Assembly (NCBI RefSeq): GCF_037042905.1
Contig: NC_087252.1
Coordinates: 5,148,001 to 5,212,000 of the forward strand
Reading direction: 5' to 3'
DNA: 64,000 nt
Source of the DNA: Lytechinus pictus
Lineage: Eukaryota
Shown here: in pieces, positions 48,501-62,632 of the stretch
Layout: the number at the start of each line of letters is the position of its first letter
How positions within the stretch are numbered: the first letter of the stretch is position 1
Position numbers and translations under genes: made by a program
The notes under the pieces: model-generated
What the model saw: only the letters and a program-made list of their open reading frames with translations
Database searches by the model: none
Told to the model about the DNA's origin: nothing

Positions 48501-49289
48501 GGCAGAAATAATAATAATAAAAAAAAAAAAAAAAAAAACGGTTTGTGAGAGATGGCTGACATGAATGCTGGTATGTAATAAATCCATTTGATGGAGGTTA
48601 ATTCAAAATTATACTGTTGGAATGCAACATGTAATTTTTACACGGCCGCATGGCAGATAGCTGCATAGCTAGGATCCACTTATGCTGCAGAGCAAAGAAG
48701 TGGTGATGAAAATTGGAGAATGTTATGATTATGTAAAAGGATAACCATCGTAAAGGTTGATAAGGAATTGATATGAGATTTCATTCTCAAATTAGTTATA
48801 ATTTACTGGCGGCGGAGCTCAGAATGAAGAAATTGGTGATGATTGAAAACATTCAAAGTCTCAAAATTACAGAATTCTTGTGAATGAAATGTTACAGAAA
48901 GTTTTTTGCAAGTGTTTTAAGGCAAAAATAAATATTTTCGCAAAGGAAATGAATCCCAAAGCTATTGTTTTGCTAAGCCTTCAAGACGATTGAAACGAAT
49001 TATGATATGGAATTGTGATCTAATGAATTTCATACTGAAATTTTAGTGAAAATATAAAACCACCTGGTTTGAGGATAGCTGCATAGTTAATGTTTAATTT
49101 TGCTGTCATGGCTGTAAAACGTATTAGAAGTGATTAAATTTTGAGAATTTGATAAGAATGACTGAACTTGAGAATTTATCACAATTTGAATATATTGTGT
49201 TGAGATAAATATATACCAGCTTATAAGTTTTGTTTAATTTTTCTTAAATCCAGAAATTCTCTTCATGAAGGATATGATATAACTTTGAA

Positions 49290-50222
49290 CAAGGTCTTGA
49301 CAGCTTCGAGAGCTGATAACACTATGAGTAAATACAACAGAGCGTTGAATACCTGGAGAGATTAGTGTAAGCAAAATAAAGTAAATTCTGACACAGCAGA
49401 ACCAGAAGATATTAGTCGCTATCTTATTCATTTGTATCAAAGAGAAGCTCCTTATTCGAGGATAGAATCGGCTTTTTACGCCATTAAGTGGCATTTTGAC
49501 TGCAAGCCAAGGATGTATGTTAATCCCTGTGATCGCAAGTTCATACATATTGTTTTACAATGTTTAAAGAAATTACTAAACAAACCGATCGTTAAGAAAG
49601 AAGTTATAACCCCAGACATTTTGAAAGCAGTTGTTGAGAAGTATGGATCTTCAACGAGTCTATTAGATATTCGATTATGTGCTATGATTTTGATTTCCTA
49701 CGCAGGCATTCTACGATTTGATGAAATGATACATATTCGTAAATGTGATTTAGACTTGTATTTGTCTCATGTGAATACTTTCATCATGAAAAGTAAAACC
49801 GATATTTACAGGCAAGGAGCATGGGTTCTTATAGGTGCTACAAATTCCCCACCTGCCCCGTATTAGCTTTGAGGAAATATTTGATTGCAGCGGGGCTTAA
49901 CGATGCCTCTGATGAAGTATTTCTTTTTAGGCCTCTAAATTACTGTAAATCCAGTAATAGTTACAAGTTAAGACGTGGACAGTTGTCTTATACTAGATGT
50001 TTAGAATTATTGAAAGAGGCGTTGGCGAAAGTAGGGTTGAATCCAAAGAGTTTTGGCATGCATAGCCTCCGAAGTGGCGGAGCCACAGCAGCAGCGAACT
50101 TTGGTGTTCCAGACAGGTTGTTTAAGAAACATGGTAGGTGGAGGTCGGAGACTGCTAAGGATGGATATATTAAAGACAATATGAAGGATTGTCTTTCAAT
50201 TTCTATGAATTTGGGGCTTTAG
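49290..50222 (+). pseudogene. Frameshifted tyrosine recombinase of the DIRS element
   Basis: LRFDE, SKTD, HSLRSGGAT, HGRW..S..Y catalytic motifs, split over ORFs 49432-49866 and 49821-50222. Confidence 0.9.
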
Positions 50223-53200
50223 AATTATTTTTATACCGGGTAAATTAGCCTCAGCCTAGTATGAGTATACGTATAACTTTGTTAAAGATGGATTGTAGGC
50301 GTTCGATGAGATTGTTGAATGAGACATGTATTATTATCATTATACATTTAAAGTTGGTTAAATTGAAATGATTGCGTCGTGTAACTCATTTTCTTGTTTA
50401 CCCGTTCTTTGATTGACTGAGAGGGGGAGCTATACGTTTAGCTTGTCTTGCCGTCGAAGCTTGGTGCTCCCCTCGAAACAGGTATGTTTTTTGTAAAGTA
50501 TATAAATGTTTTCTATTTCAGGTGTTGATGTTGTTGCACTGGTTGTGCTTAAGGATAGTGAGGCGTGACTGAAAATAATTTATTCACGATTGAGAGTCGA
50601 ATTAGGGAATAAATACATTTTCTTTTCTTAGCAGAAGTATCCGATTAGCATAACAATGCTTGCGTGAGGAGTGTCTGAATTCCTAAACGATTCGGAATTC
50701 ACTGACCGAGTTCGACACAGCACAGTACGGACGTCTTATTCGGGATGGATATGTGGACGATTGACTGGATGCAAGAAGATAGAGCAAAGAGAATTCTGAT
50801 GGATGAATAGGCCTTACAGCATGTACAGTACATTGATGAGTTCTTCGAGATCTGAACTCAGAGGGAGGCCTCAGTACATTCGTCAGTAAGTACCGTTCGT
50901 GCTGTCTTGCCGTCGAAGCTTGGTGCTCCCCTCGAAACAGGTATGTTTTTTGTAAAGTATATAAATGTTTTCTATTTCAGGTGTTGATGTTGTTGCACTG
51001 GTTGTGCTTAAGGATAGTGAGGCGTGACTGAAAATAATTTATTCACGATTGAGAGTCGAATTAGGGAATAACGTAACTGTGTTACAACAAATGTTGGTAA
51101 ATTGCAAGTTTTGGTAAGTACCAAAATATGCCGTCAATGTCCTACACATTTTTCGTAAAATGTGCAATTACCTAAATGTGTCGTAATGATATTAGTATAA
51201 AATGGATTCTAGATTATTCACAAGAATAAGGACCAAATGTAAATAGACGGCAGTCATCCGTATCATGGTGGAATATTGATTGATATTCCATGGGCATGAT
51301 GGGTGCACATGCACATGACATTGTTGCTATGATAATAGCCCACCTAATATTATGACGCATGTTTTGTAGGTAAAACAAATGACAAAGAAATTAAAGTTAT
51401 AGTCTAACTGAAATGTTTTTTTTTCGATCAACTGTGCTTTCGTTAAAAAACATTATTCGGTGCCATTTTCATAAATTCATTATCTAAAGAAAAAGTGTGA
51501 TGACAGAAGAATTCAATATATTTTTATCAAAACGCGTTTTTCTTATCAAGACAAAATAAAATTATCAGACTCACACATTATTTTATTAAAACATTGAATT
51601 TGTCTGTTGCACATGTGTTTTTTTGCTTCAAACTTCATAACCATTCTTTTCAACATTACGCAATAATACTTTTCCCTATGCAGAGGTGCGGATTTGAATA
51701 CGGGGGAGGGGCAGGGGCGCATGCTTCCCTATTGTCTAAAAGTCGCGTTGTGTCTTCAATATTCAATTAGCCTCCTTCATTTACTCGTTCACAGGAAAGT
51801 ATTAAAAGGGAAACTTTCTCTTTGTTTCAAGCTTACAAGAGGAATAATTTGGTTTGCAATTTCAAACTTCGCATTATGCATCCCTTAATTTATAGCTGGC
51901 GTGTTTTGTCTCCCATTCTCTCTTCCTCTGTTTATTTCATTCCGATTTCCTAACTTATTTTGAAATATTTTGCTATAATCTTTCTATATCTCTCTCTATC
52001 TTACCCCTCTTCTATCCTTCTCTCCCTTAATCCTGGTGTTCATACTATGTAGCAAGTAGTTTTTTACACCGTAAATGTCACATTTTGCGTTTAATGTTTT
52101 TTTTTAATGAGCAACTAATATTTTATTCTTAACCAGTGTATAGCTTCAAAATAATTCATGTTACTACAATTGCTCCTGATGATGCGCATATGATTCCCCA
52201 GAATATTTATACTTATACATGTTTATATTTTTTCTTTTTTTCCTTGAATGAAAATTAAAGCAATTATTATTACGCAATTATCAATGGGAAACCTATCTAC
52301 AAGCTTTGTTTTTTTATTGGTTTATTGGATATCTTTCTTCCCACAAACAAGCTTTATTTTGTACGATTTTATGTTTTTATTCTGATATGATAATAATACT
52401 CACTCTGTATTTGCGGGGAATTCCATTCGTAACAACAATATGTTTCCATCATAACGCATTGCCAGTTGCTGCTGGGTCAAATGTTACATGGTTTTCCCCA
52501 AACCGATCAGCACGATCAGTACTCTATATTTAGGCTCTCGATGTCTGATATGTCCTTGTGATGCAGCTGTAGACATTGTATACAGTCTGATTATTTTTGG
52601 TATATCATATTTGAGTACCCCCTATTATTTTGTTGTCTCAGTGGCCTAACTGGGTGACATTCGTAATTCCGAAGGTTCGAATATTCCAAAGGTTTGTTAT
52701 AACGAAGGTTCGTTAGTCCGAAAACCAAATTAGGTTCGTTAATCTGAAGGTTCGTTCGACCGAAAATGAAATAATTTTTTTCCCGAAAATAAAATTAATT
52801 GATGCTTGCAATAAAAAACGTTGTTGTAATTAAGAAATAACAGGACATTATGCAGTAATAGTTTCAACGGAGGATGTTACATGTGTAAATTGTGGTCACC
52901 GCATGTATTGCATCAAGAATTGGCGCTTGGATCAAGCAATATTAATTTTTATTTTCTCTGAGCAATGGCTATCTGATCGAGCGAATGGATTAAGAATGTT
53001 GGGGACTTTGTGTTGGTCACATGTGAATAACCTCCACAAAAGGGATTTTGTTTTTAGAGGGGCTGTCATTTTTATCAACTTTTGCTGGAAAGGATTAAAA
53101 AAAAATCCTTTTTTCAAAATGAATGTGCCCTTTTTCATATTAAATACTCTTTTTGAAGTACAACATAATACATTTCAGGTTAGAAAATCATTTTTTTTGC

Positions 53201-53616
53201 TTGCGCTCGCCTCAGCTAAAGGTACTCACCCTTTTTCTGGTTATACATTTTTCAGGTTGGAATATTATAAATTTTCATCTCGCGAATTGTGCTTTCGTTA
53301 ATTCTTTTGTTAGATGCACATCTTTTTCATGATTACGAGAATTTTAATTTTCATTTCGTTATGAAAATGTCAAAAAGTTTGAGCTTGCGATTAGCACTCG
53401 CAACATCTCGCGTGGGATGCCCTTTTAATAGTATGGCCTAATTAGCCCCATAATTGACCAAAAGAGCGAGTTTATAAAACTTCAGATTTGATTTTTTCCG
53501 CACCGCGTAAAAATTCTAAATATATAACAATTGATGTGGAAGAGGTTCATCGTGGTGAAGGATTGAGTAGAAGAAATTAACCAGTTGTCTCACGATGTAG
53601 CAAACGTAGTGTGAAA

Positions 53617-53654
53617 GCGACGTTTCGTCTGCAAGCTGCTAGACTTCGTCAGGC
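53617..53654 (-). ncRNA. Minimal hammerhead ribozyme motif of the Penelope pLTR
   Basis: GC-CTGACGA-A-GTCT(AGCAGCTTGC)AGAC-GAAAC-GTC-GC: both conserved cores, stem II, and palindromic ACGT in place of stem III. Confidence 0.65.
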
Positions 53655-54765
53655 AATGAGCAAAGACGCTGCTGCGCACGGGTTATATAGCGTCGGGAGC
53701 TATTGTCTGGCTCCACTCGGGCGTGAGCCGCGCTGTGATTGGCCGAAGCCGCTGGCCAATCAGGGTCTGCGCTGGTGCTTGGTGCCCGCTGGAGCGTGCA
53801 CCGTGCGCTGTGATTGGCCGATGCGGCCGGCCAATCAGCATCTGCGCTGGTGTCAGGCACCTGCTGGTGCGGGCGCCGTGCGCTCTGAACGGTGGATGCA
53901 GTATGCCGTCGGATGGCCGGTAACCATGCATCAGGGATCTCAATGCCGCTGTCCCTATTGATATTGCTCGGGTGCAAACGGATCTGAATCGCTTCCTTAA
54001 CGCGCCGCGTATACCAATGCTTATCATGAGCAACGCAGCTGACCTCATCCCAGTTAGGTGGATGATCGGAGTCCCAAGCATGTTCTGCAACAGCAGAGCT
54101 ATCAGTGCGCCTAAGCCGAACATCACGGCGATGTTCCTTCATGCGTTCCCCCACAGGTCTACCAGTCTCACCGATGTAGACTTTGTCGCAAGTCGAGCAA
54201 GGGATCTTATAAACAACCCCATCGCGTCTGTCGGGGATCGGGCGGTCTTTCGGACGGACCAGCTGGCTGCGGATGCTGTCGGACTTGAATATAACTCGGA
54301 TGCCATGCTTCTCCAAGCGCCGGCGGAGAAGATGCGCGATACCATCAACAAATGGGATTACTATAGCGGATTTAAATTGCGCAGGCTGTTCGGACGGAGC
54401 GCTCTTCTTCTTAGCAACGCGGTTAACGAAGGAGCGCGGGTAACCGTTAGAAATAAGAGCCGAGGTTATGTGTTGCTTCTCTGTAGCTGTGCAATGGGGC
54501 TTAGTAACGATGCGTGAAGCTCTGTCATAAAGACACTTCACTACACCGCGCTTAACGGACTTCGGGTGATGCGAATCATAAGCAATGTACTGATCGGTGT
54601 GCGTGGGCTTCCTGTATACGGTGGTGTACAATCGGCCGCTGGTGTCACGGTGCACCATAGTGTCTAGAAAGGCAATGCGCTCGTTGCACTCCATCTCCAT
54701 GGTGAAACGGATGGATGGCTGCTGCGAATTCATGTGGCTCAAAAGGTCATCGGCGGCGGATCTAT
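53639..54765 (-). CDS. RT thumb plus GIY-YIG endonuclease (partial Penelope ORF)
   Basis: IRFTMEME..IAFLD, VYRKPTHTDQY, GVVYKIPCSTCDKVYIGETGR..R.KEH, EAIQI. Confidence 0.9.
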
Positions 54766-55084
54766 GCGTGATAATAATAATACGTGATAATAAACGTGTC
54801 ATCTACGTATCTATATAACAATTATCATAAATTACTTTAAAATGCTCTGCTCAACTCAATTACTACAAAACACACAACGACATCACACAGTTGATAATAA
54901 AAAATATCACCAATAGGCCCATTCTTACATACAAGTGCCCCTTTTTGGCTTTGTCCCCCAAAGGGAAAATACGTTCGGCCGCGCCCATCTCTTCCCATCT
55001 TCATAACAATTGAACAGCAACGGTGATCCCCCCACCTCTACCTCGCTAACCCTTCCGATATTCTCGGCTTCGCCACAGATAATT

Positions 55085-55510
55085 TCATTTTTCGGAATAA
55101 CGAACCTTCGGAATAAATAACCCTTTTTTCGGTTTCGGGTTAACAAGCCTTCGGAAAAACGAAACTTATTTCGTTTTTTGACTAACGAACATTCGGAATA
55201 ACGAACCTTATTTCGTTTTTTGACTAACGGACATTGGGAATAACGAACCTTATTTCGTTTTCGGACTAACAAACCTCCGGAATAGCGAACTTTATTTCGT
55301 TTTTGGACTAACGAACGTTCGAAATAACGAACATTATTTCGTTTTCGGACTAACGAACCTTCGGAATGACACACCCAATTACTTTTTCGGATTAACGAGT
55401 TTTCGGAATAACGCCACAATTGTTCGGATTAACGAACCCTTTTTCTTTTTTGGATTAACGAACATCGAGGTATAGGCAATTTACGTGTTTCGGAATAAAG
55501 GAGTGTAACC
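55085..55510 (-). repeat. CGAACCTTCGGAA-unit repeat, same family as 4977-5510
   Basis: Shared units and shared 3' end (AACATCGAGGTA..GGCAATTTACGTGTTT). Confidence 0.75.
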
Positions 55511-55754
55511 GTTTTTCTTAACTATCTACCTGCCATGAATCAGTTGTTTAAATATATTTCATCAATAAACTGCTTGGCTTTCAGTGTGAAAAGGCAGTCT
55601 AGCTGTACATACGAGAATGTCACCCCAAACACCTTGATAAAGAAAAATGACTCCTACCCCCTGTGCTACCACGGGTAATTGCTGCTAGTATGCGAAAATT
55701 TCTTCTTCCCCACGATGTTTCTATTTTTTCTCTCTCTTTTCCCCTTTTCCACCC

Positions 55755-55790
<36 letters not shown>

Positions 55791-56150
55791 GGGGGGGGGG
55801 GGGGGGCAACCGATTGAGGGGCATGTGCCCCAATAGTCACGCCAGAAGGGTTATATACAGTGTCATTTAAGGGCCCGTATCATTTTACAAATGTGGGCCC
55901 AGCCAACATGTCCAAAGTATTTTGTATAAATTCGACTAGATACGCCCCATCCACCAAATCTAAACATGAATCAAATTTAATGAAAAATACAATAAAGTCT
56001 AATTTCGAAACCCCAAGTTGAAAATGATTTCATGGAAAAGTTTCTAAAATTAACTGATTGTCACCATGATTCATCTACGTCTGCTTTATCAACTCGAACC
56101 CAACTCTCTCAATTCATGAAATCTAAGCAAAATCATTCCGGCACTGAAGG

Positions 56151-59100
56151 CAGGGGCGGAAATCTCTCCCAAAAGGTAGGGGGGACACAGGGGCTGATCC
56201 AGACTTCGCCAATAGGAGGGAGGCGGAAATTTGTTTCAGCCATATTTTCCCCGATCGGCAGCTCGAAGATGATTTGTGTTTGTTTCTTTGAAGGGGTAGT
56301 CCTCATTAGTCACTTCTTAGCTTTATTCTTATGAATTCATATACAATATCATAATCCTTATTTATATGATGCGAAGCGCGAGCTAATTTTTTTGGAAATT
56401 TTATGTATTTTTTCCTAAAATTTGAACATTCTGGGCAATGTTTGTTATCCTGAAAAATTACTACGAACGTAAAGCGCGAGCAGAAATGAACTGATGGAAA
56501 AGATACCTGTTAAAGACTGCGTGCAGTTAGCATTTAACAATCAAATAATGCGAGCGCGAAGCGCGAGCTGATTTTTTAAAAACATTTTCACCTAAAGAAT
56601 GGAGATTCTAAGCGCTTTTTATAACTCGAGCAAAATAGGTATATAAGTAGACAATTGATGCGAGCGCGAAGCGCGAGCGGAAAATTTCGAGATTTACTGA
56701 ACGAGACACTCTATTCATGTTTTGTAAATCATGAAAAGAATGAGTATTAATACTGCGAGCGCAAAGCGCGAGCAGAAAATTTTTATATACGTTTTGAACT
56801 GGTACCTGTTGAAAAGGTACCTGTTAAAGGTCAAGTCAACCCCAGAAAAAAGTTTATTTAAATAAATAGAGAAAAATCAAACATGAATAACACTGAAAAC
56901 TTCATCAAATTCGGATGTAAAATAAGAAAGTTATGACATTTTAAAGTTTCGCTTATTTTTCACAAAACAGTTCTATGCTCAACTCAATGATATGCAAATG
57001 AGAGAGTCAATGATGTCACTCACTCACTATTTCTTTTGTTTTTTATTGTTTGCATTAAACAATATTTCAATTTTACGAATTTTACAATTAAGACTCCCTT
57101 GCTTGAACCACAAAATGTTAAAATAATGGAATTCCACGTGTTCGGGGAGGAATGACATGACAAGCACATGACAATGACAATAAAATCAAAATATTTCATA
57201 TAACAAAATACAAAAGAAATAGTGAGTGGGTGATGCCATCGGTCCCCTCATTTGCATACCGAACAGGATGTGCATATAACTGTTTATAGAATTTAAGCGA
57301 AACTTAAAAAGATTATAACTTTCTTATTTTTCATCCGATTTTGATGAAATTTTCAGTGTTATGCTTGTTTGATTTTTCACTTTCTATTCAAATCAGCTTT
57401 CTGTTGGGGTGGACTTGTCCTTTAAGGACTGCTTGCACTTAGCCATGAAGGCGTTACATATTTCAATAATAAAAATATGCGAGCGCGAAGCGCGAGCTTA
57501 AAAAATTTGAAAATTTCTAAAGAAAGAATGGAAAATTTTAATCAATTTTTGTAATCGTGAACAGGATAGCTATATAATTCAACAATTGATGCGAGCGCGA
57601 AGCGCGAGCAGAAAAAAATCGAGATTTAGACCTAAAAATGGGCCACTCTGTTCATGTTTTGTAAACAGCCATAGGCTGATCGAGGGCTTTTTACCGTGTT
57701 TAAATAAAATAAATTAATCAAAATCAATGTTTTGTAAATCATGAAAAGGATGAGTAATAGGGGGTCTTCCTACATTAATAATGCGAGCACAAAAGCGCGA
57801 GCAGAACATTTTTGATATTGTGATCTGAAACTGGATAATGATTTAAATAGAGAACAAGTTGAGTATTTGAATAAACATGCGCGCGCGTGTTTCATATTTA
57901 GACCTAGAATCTAAGAATTCTAAATACATCTTTAATCATGAAAATCATGAAACTTTTATATTCCGATCTGAAAAAAGAGTCAATTACAGCTTTATATTTC
58001 AAGCACTTTGTAGGAAAATTGTAAGGTGGATATGGATCGCACTTAAAAAAAAAGAGCTAAAATTTTCATTATTATTACCTGAGTTTTGACATAGGACCGG
58101 GACATCCTTACGACATGTCATGAAAATGATGACTATCTTCCTATTCCTCTTGCTAAGTGCGAGATGAAACAAAATGGACAATTTAATTATTAAATTAATA
58201 TCATATTTATTCATGCCTAATGAGGGCGCGAAATCTGATGATATTATGGCATAAAAACTGGACATTTCACTTTTGTAATTATGAATAGGATGCATCAGTT
58301 AATATATTTTTAACCAATAATGCGAGCGCAAATCGCGAGCTAAATTTTTTGATAAACTGTCATGAAAAGGGGATTTTAAGTAGTTTGTTGCATAATCAAT
58401 ATTGAAACATACATAACTCGCCAATCAAAATGCCAGCGTGCAGCGCTAGCTGATACGTCTTGACAATCAGACCTGAAAAGGGATATTTTGAAAACTTTAT
58501 GGAATACACGAAAATAATAGGTACCTGATAAATCAAAATTTGCGAGTGCGCAGCGCAAGCAGCAAATGTTGATAAAATTATTCAGACCATAAAACTGACA
58601 TTTTTACAGAGCACTTTTTAAAAATCAATTTGTAAATCACACATAATAATGAAAGTTCGATTTCCGAGGTGAAATATGTTATGTATATTGATTTCCAAAC
58701 TTGATATTTGAGCTCCATATTGAACAAGATATGTAAATCACCTAACAGGCAATGCGAGCGCGAAGCGCGAGCGAGAATTTTATATAGTGGCACGAAAGAT
58801 TCTTTTTATTTTCCAAGTCTTCCCCTCATCTTATTTTATGCACTCGTCGTCCTTCTCTTCTTTTCCTCCTCTCTTTTCCCTTATTTTTCCTTCCTTCTTT
58901 CTTTCCCTTTTTTCTTTTTTGCTCCGCCAATGGGGGGGGGGGGGGGGGGTTGGGGGGGGGGGGGGCTCGGCCCCCCTGGATCCGCCTATGGGGACAAGGG
59001 GCGGGAAAATTTGACAAGCAAAAAAAAGGTTATCATCCCAAAAGTACGGTTATCTCGTCCCAAAATACATGTTTTATTTCGATTTAGAATGATGTATTTC

Positions 59101-59214
59101 TTACCATCATAAAAGACAAAAAATAGTAGGGGGGACATTTGATATTGTGTCCCCCCTACTCAAAATAGTAGGGGGGACACGTCCCCCCTGTCCCCCCTAG
59201 GATTTCCGCCCATG
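56151..59214 (+). mobile_element. Second copy of the hAT-like non-autonomous element
   Basis: CAGGGGCGGAAATC...GATTTCCGCCCATG; flanks ACTGAAGG/ACTGAAGA. Confidence 0.8.
56828..57421. mobile_element. Kolobok-like element nested in the hAT-like copy
   Basis: TTAA|AGGTCAAGTCAACCCCA...TGGGGTGGACTTGTCCT|TTAA; the empty site CTGTTAAGGACTG is at 31692-31704. Confidence 0.85.
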
Positions 59215-60986
59215 ACTGAAGACCACAAACACTTGGAGGTACATGTGGGACAGTGTATTTTCAATGCTTGGGAATGGTCCCGTCATCTGGCTGGAATTAA
59301 ATGCATGTTTTGTCTATTGCCCAGAAATTACACATTAAAAAAAAATTCCTTACGAACTCACCTTTCTTTTTTTAACTGTTACCACAACTGATAACTATGT
59401 TTAAAATTGGAGACAAAAGTGTCGTTGCACCTACTTTTCAAACTTTTCCAATCTAATAAATGGTAATAATTTTATATACGCATAAACATAATAATCGTTG
59501 GGCAAATGGTCAAGGTGGCCAACATTTCCGAAAATGGTTTATGTAAGTGACCATGTCAACATTATTATTAATACTTTTTCATCAGTCTTTGGGGTCATAG
59601 TATACAATGAAGACACTGATTCTGAGTAAAGTCATACAGTTTTCAGTAAAATGAAATTGGTTTATAATTCATGAAGAAAAAGTTGACTGAAATCAAAGTT
59701 GCATGGATTGCGTTAATGAACATGATATATTCGTGATCAGCGCAAAAAAATCAGCAAAGAAAAAAAAAGCATTTTTCTGCTTTAAAATTTCTCAATCACA
59801 AACGCTGATCCAACTATTTTCTCAAATATGAAATTCCTTTTTTTTGTTGGCATAATACTGAAAGCGAAAATAATCAAAGTGGTCAAAGTGACCGAAACAT
59901 TAACAAATCTTACTTTTGCAGAATTTAGCAGTATAAATACTCAGTTTTGCCTCAAATTGTCATTATTGGTGTCACGAACTAACCCCTTATATTTCAATGG
60001 ACATTATGGACATGGTGGAGGCGGTTTTCACTTGGTTTTCACTTGGGGCTACAATTCAATCCAAATTATGAATAGGATTAATATTAATGGTATATTGGCA
60101 ATTTGTGCAAATTTAGTTGAATATTTTGTTTAAGACTTTCTTTTGAAGAAAAATACAAATATTTCGGAATGGCTAAATGTGCTAATGCATGATGCCATGT
60201 ACGAACATTGTGCAGAGGGAAAAGATTACCTAAATGAAGTAGTCAAATTTCTTTCAGATGCTCAATGTAATTCACTCTGATTGATAAACGATTTCGTATC
60301 GATTACTGGAGTTATGACAGGCTACACCCTTATACCGTTTCTAAGTACAAATAAAAGTACAAAAGTAAAAGTATATTGTGACCCAGCTAGTACAATTGAA
60401 GTCAATAAGACTGGACTTTGGCATCAATGCTAAAACACAGATTTTTTGTTTGAAATTTGTCCAGCAAAATACAATTTTATCATCATTTATACAGAAATCT
60501 TATTGTGCTATACCAAGTGGCAAAAATTACGCAAACGGTTTAAATGCTTTTAGAATGATTATGCCATATGCCAGAATGACTTCCGCAACAGTTATCCAAT
60601 TCATGATTTAAATTCATTCACAATCGGCTTCTGAGTAAAATCTTAAATATTCAGGGATAGATGTAAATAATGTCATGTGTCGTTACAGATTAAAAAGTGA
60701 ACAAAATATTGATGACAATCTTGGGACTACCATGACTAGAGTCAATATACGAAACATTTGAAACATCGACAGCTGCTGGTAGTATTCGGGCATTGAAAAA
60801 CACTTGCTGAGCAACCAAGCATGTGCGGAACAATACTGTTCATCTTGGTTTAACCCTATCTAGGCCGGGGTATTTTGGGAGTTCATATTGCCGGGAGGGG
60901 GGGGGGGCTCCCAGGTCCCCCCTTGATATCTCAGCCGTCGGAAAATTGGCACGCGCGATGTCTGGGACATAATCTACAAATTTGTA

Positions 60987-61025
60987 TAATAATAATAATA
61001 ATAATAATAATGATACTACTACTAT

Positions 61026-61066
<41 letters not shown>

Positions 61067-61089
61067 TTACTACTACTACTAATAATAAT
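60987..61089. repeat. (AAT)n(ACT)n compound microsatellite
   Basis: Directly visible. Confidence 0.95.
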
Positions 61090-62632
61090 TATGGTGGCTA
61101 CTTATATAGCGCACAGCAAAGGCGGGGAGGGGGCAAACATATCGTTTTGCCCCCCCAACAATTCCGCATGTGCAAAAATAAAATGTTGTAATGTTACACA
61201 TAAATCAACAAGCGAGATTGAGATACAAAACTCGTTCTTTTTTTTAAATCGCGTGCTCAAAATGTCCGCCTTTCTAATGTGAATGTCAAAATTTTCAGCT
61301 CGCGCTTCGCGCTCGCATGATTTCTCGAGCAAAAACCTGTACTTTTCATGATTGAATAGGTGAATAGAATGTCCCGTTTTCAGCTCAACCTAAAAATAAC
61401 TCCCACTTCGATTCGCAGTAATCTTTTGTTGGATATATATCTTGTTCTTTTATTAAAAAGTCCATTAAACTGTCATTTTTTAAAGATCAAAATATCAAAA
61501 TTTTCAGCTCGCGCTTCGCGCTCGCATCTATTGTTCTTTTAGATACCTGTCTTAATCATTGGTACCATAAATGCTTAAAATATCAAGCTTTCAGGTCAGA
61601 ATATAAAGAAATTTAAGCTCGTTCTCAGCACTCGCATCATCTGTGTAGTGAGATATGTATTCTCCTCATGAGTTACTACAATCAGTCCTAGACAAGTACC
61701 CTTTTCCTGTTTTCCGGACAGTATATGAAAAAACAAAACAAAACCGAGATTAAGCGATGATTTATCATAACTTAATCAAAAATACAATTGACAAATGATC
61801 TACCAATGTAAAGCTTAGAATCTCATCTTTCATCTGATATTACTTAGATTATTCCTCATTCACCCATGAGCGAGCAAAAACAATTTGAAGAAAGGATACT
61901 AAAAACTCATTGGGCGGGGGGTATCTGAAAATCAAAACAGAAAATCACATGCTTAAAAAGTTCAATATCTGCTCTTTTATTTGATACCTTAATCAAAACA
62001 ATGGTCAAGAAGTAAAAAAAGTTTTGTTCCCTCGAAACATGGCTTGTATTTCCATAATTTCATCGCATGGTTAACAAAAGACTTAATGCATGGCTGATTG
62101 TCAACAAAACGGAGTGTCGAGTGAGTTTGAACGCTCGCCTGTAAAATCTCTTCATTTTATGAAATTATTGAAATTCAAGCCTTATTTCAAATAACCAGAA
62201 CTTTGTTATTTCATGACCATTTTCTGTAATTGAGGTTTCTGTTTCTGTTTCTGTTTTCTGTTTGTGGTAACTCCCGTAGGAACTCGGCAGGACAGCAGAG
62301 GTATCAAATTAAAGGTATCAAAATAAAGAGCAGATAGTGAACTTTTAAAAAATGATTCAAAAGTGTTGGATGAGGACTGAACTGAAAAGCTGCAAAACGA
62401 GCAGAAATAGTCATGAATGGTCATTACAGAACATGTGTCAATACAGATAAAAATCCATTCAATTCAAGCCCCTGCTTCTGTAGTGATGGTTCTGTGAGAT
62501 AACCTGGTTTGAGTCGTGGATTGAAATACCCATGCGTGTTTGTATGTTTGTTTGTTATGTGCTTACTTGTGCAAAGGTGTGTTTGATTCCATGTTAATGT
62601 TGATATTAAGGTGCATGAGAATAATTAAAAGC

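Larger units (their letters stand above)
45073..51071 (+). mobile_element. Tyrosine-recombinase retrotransposon (DIRS order) with split direct repeats; PAT-like because it retains the methyltransferase-like domain
   Basis: A1 45073-45200 = A2 50613-50740 (128 bp); B1 50444-50612 = B2 50903-51071 (169 bp). Order A1-ORFs-B1-A2-B2. Gag knuckle remnant FACGRHGHWRSCP at ~46155. No TSD. Confidence 0.92.
53533..54811 (-). mobile_element. 5'-truncated Penelope-like retroelement with a 12-bp TSD
   Basis: TATATAACAATT at 53521-53532 and 54812-54823. The element starts at the YVDD motif and ends in pLTR-like sequence with ATG AAC CTC TTC CAC ATC. Confidence 0.9.

Noticed and set aside
50482..50521. 40-nt GT-AG intron-like segment in DIRS repeat B
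   Set aside because: Very short, non-coding context, retained in both copies, and no evidence of splicing.
50740..50902. Hammerhead ribozyme in the DIRS A2-B2 spacer
   Set aside because: CTGATGG and TTGATGA are present, but I found no correctly placed GAAA core or stems.
53611..54517. Plus-strand and alternative-frame ORFs over the Penelope element
   Set aside because: Shadows of the GC-rich RT/GIY-YIG frame.
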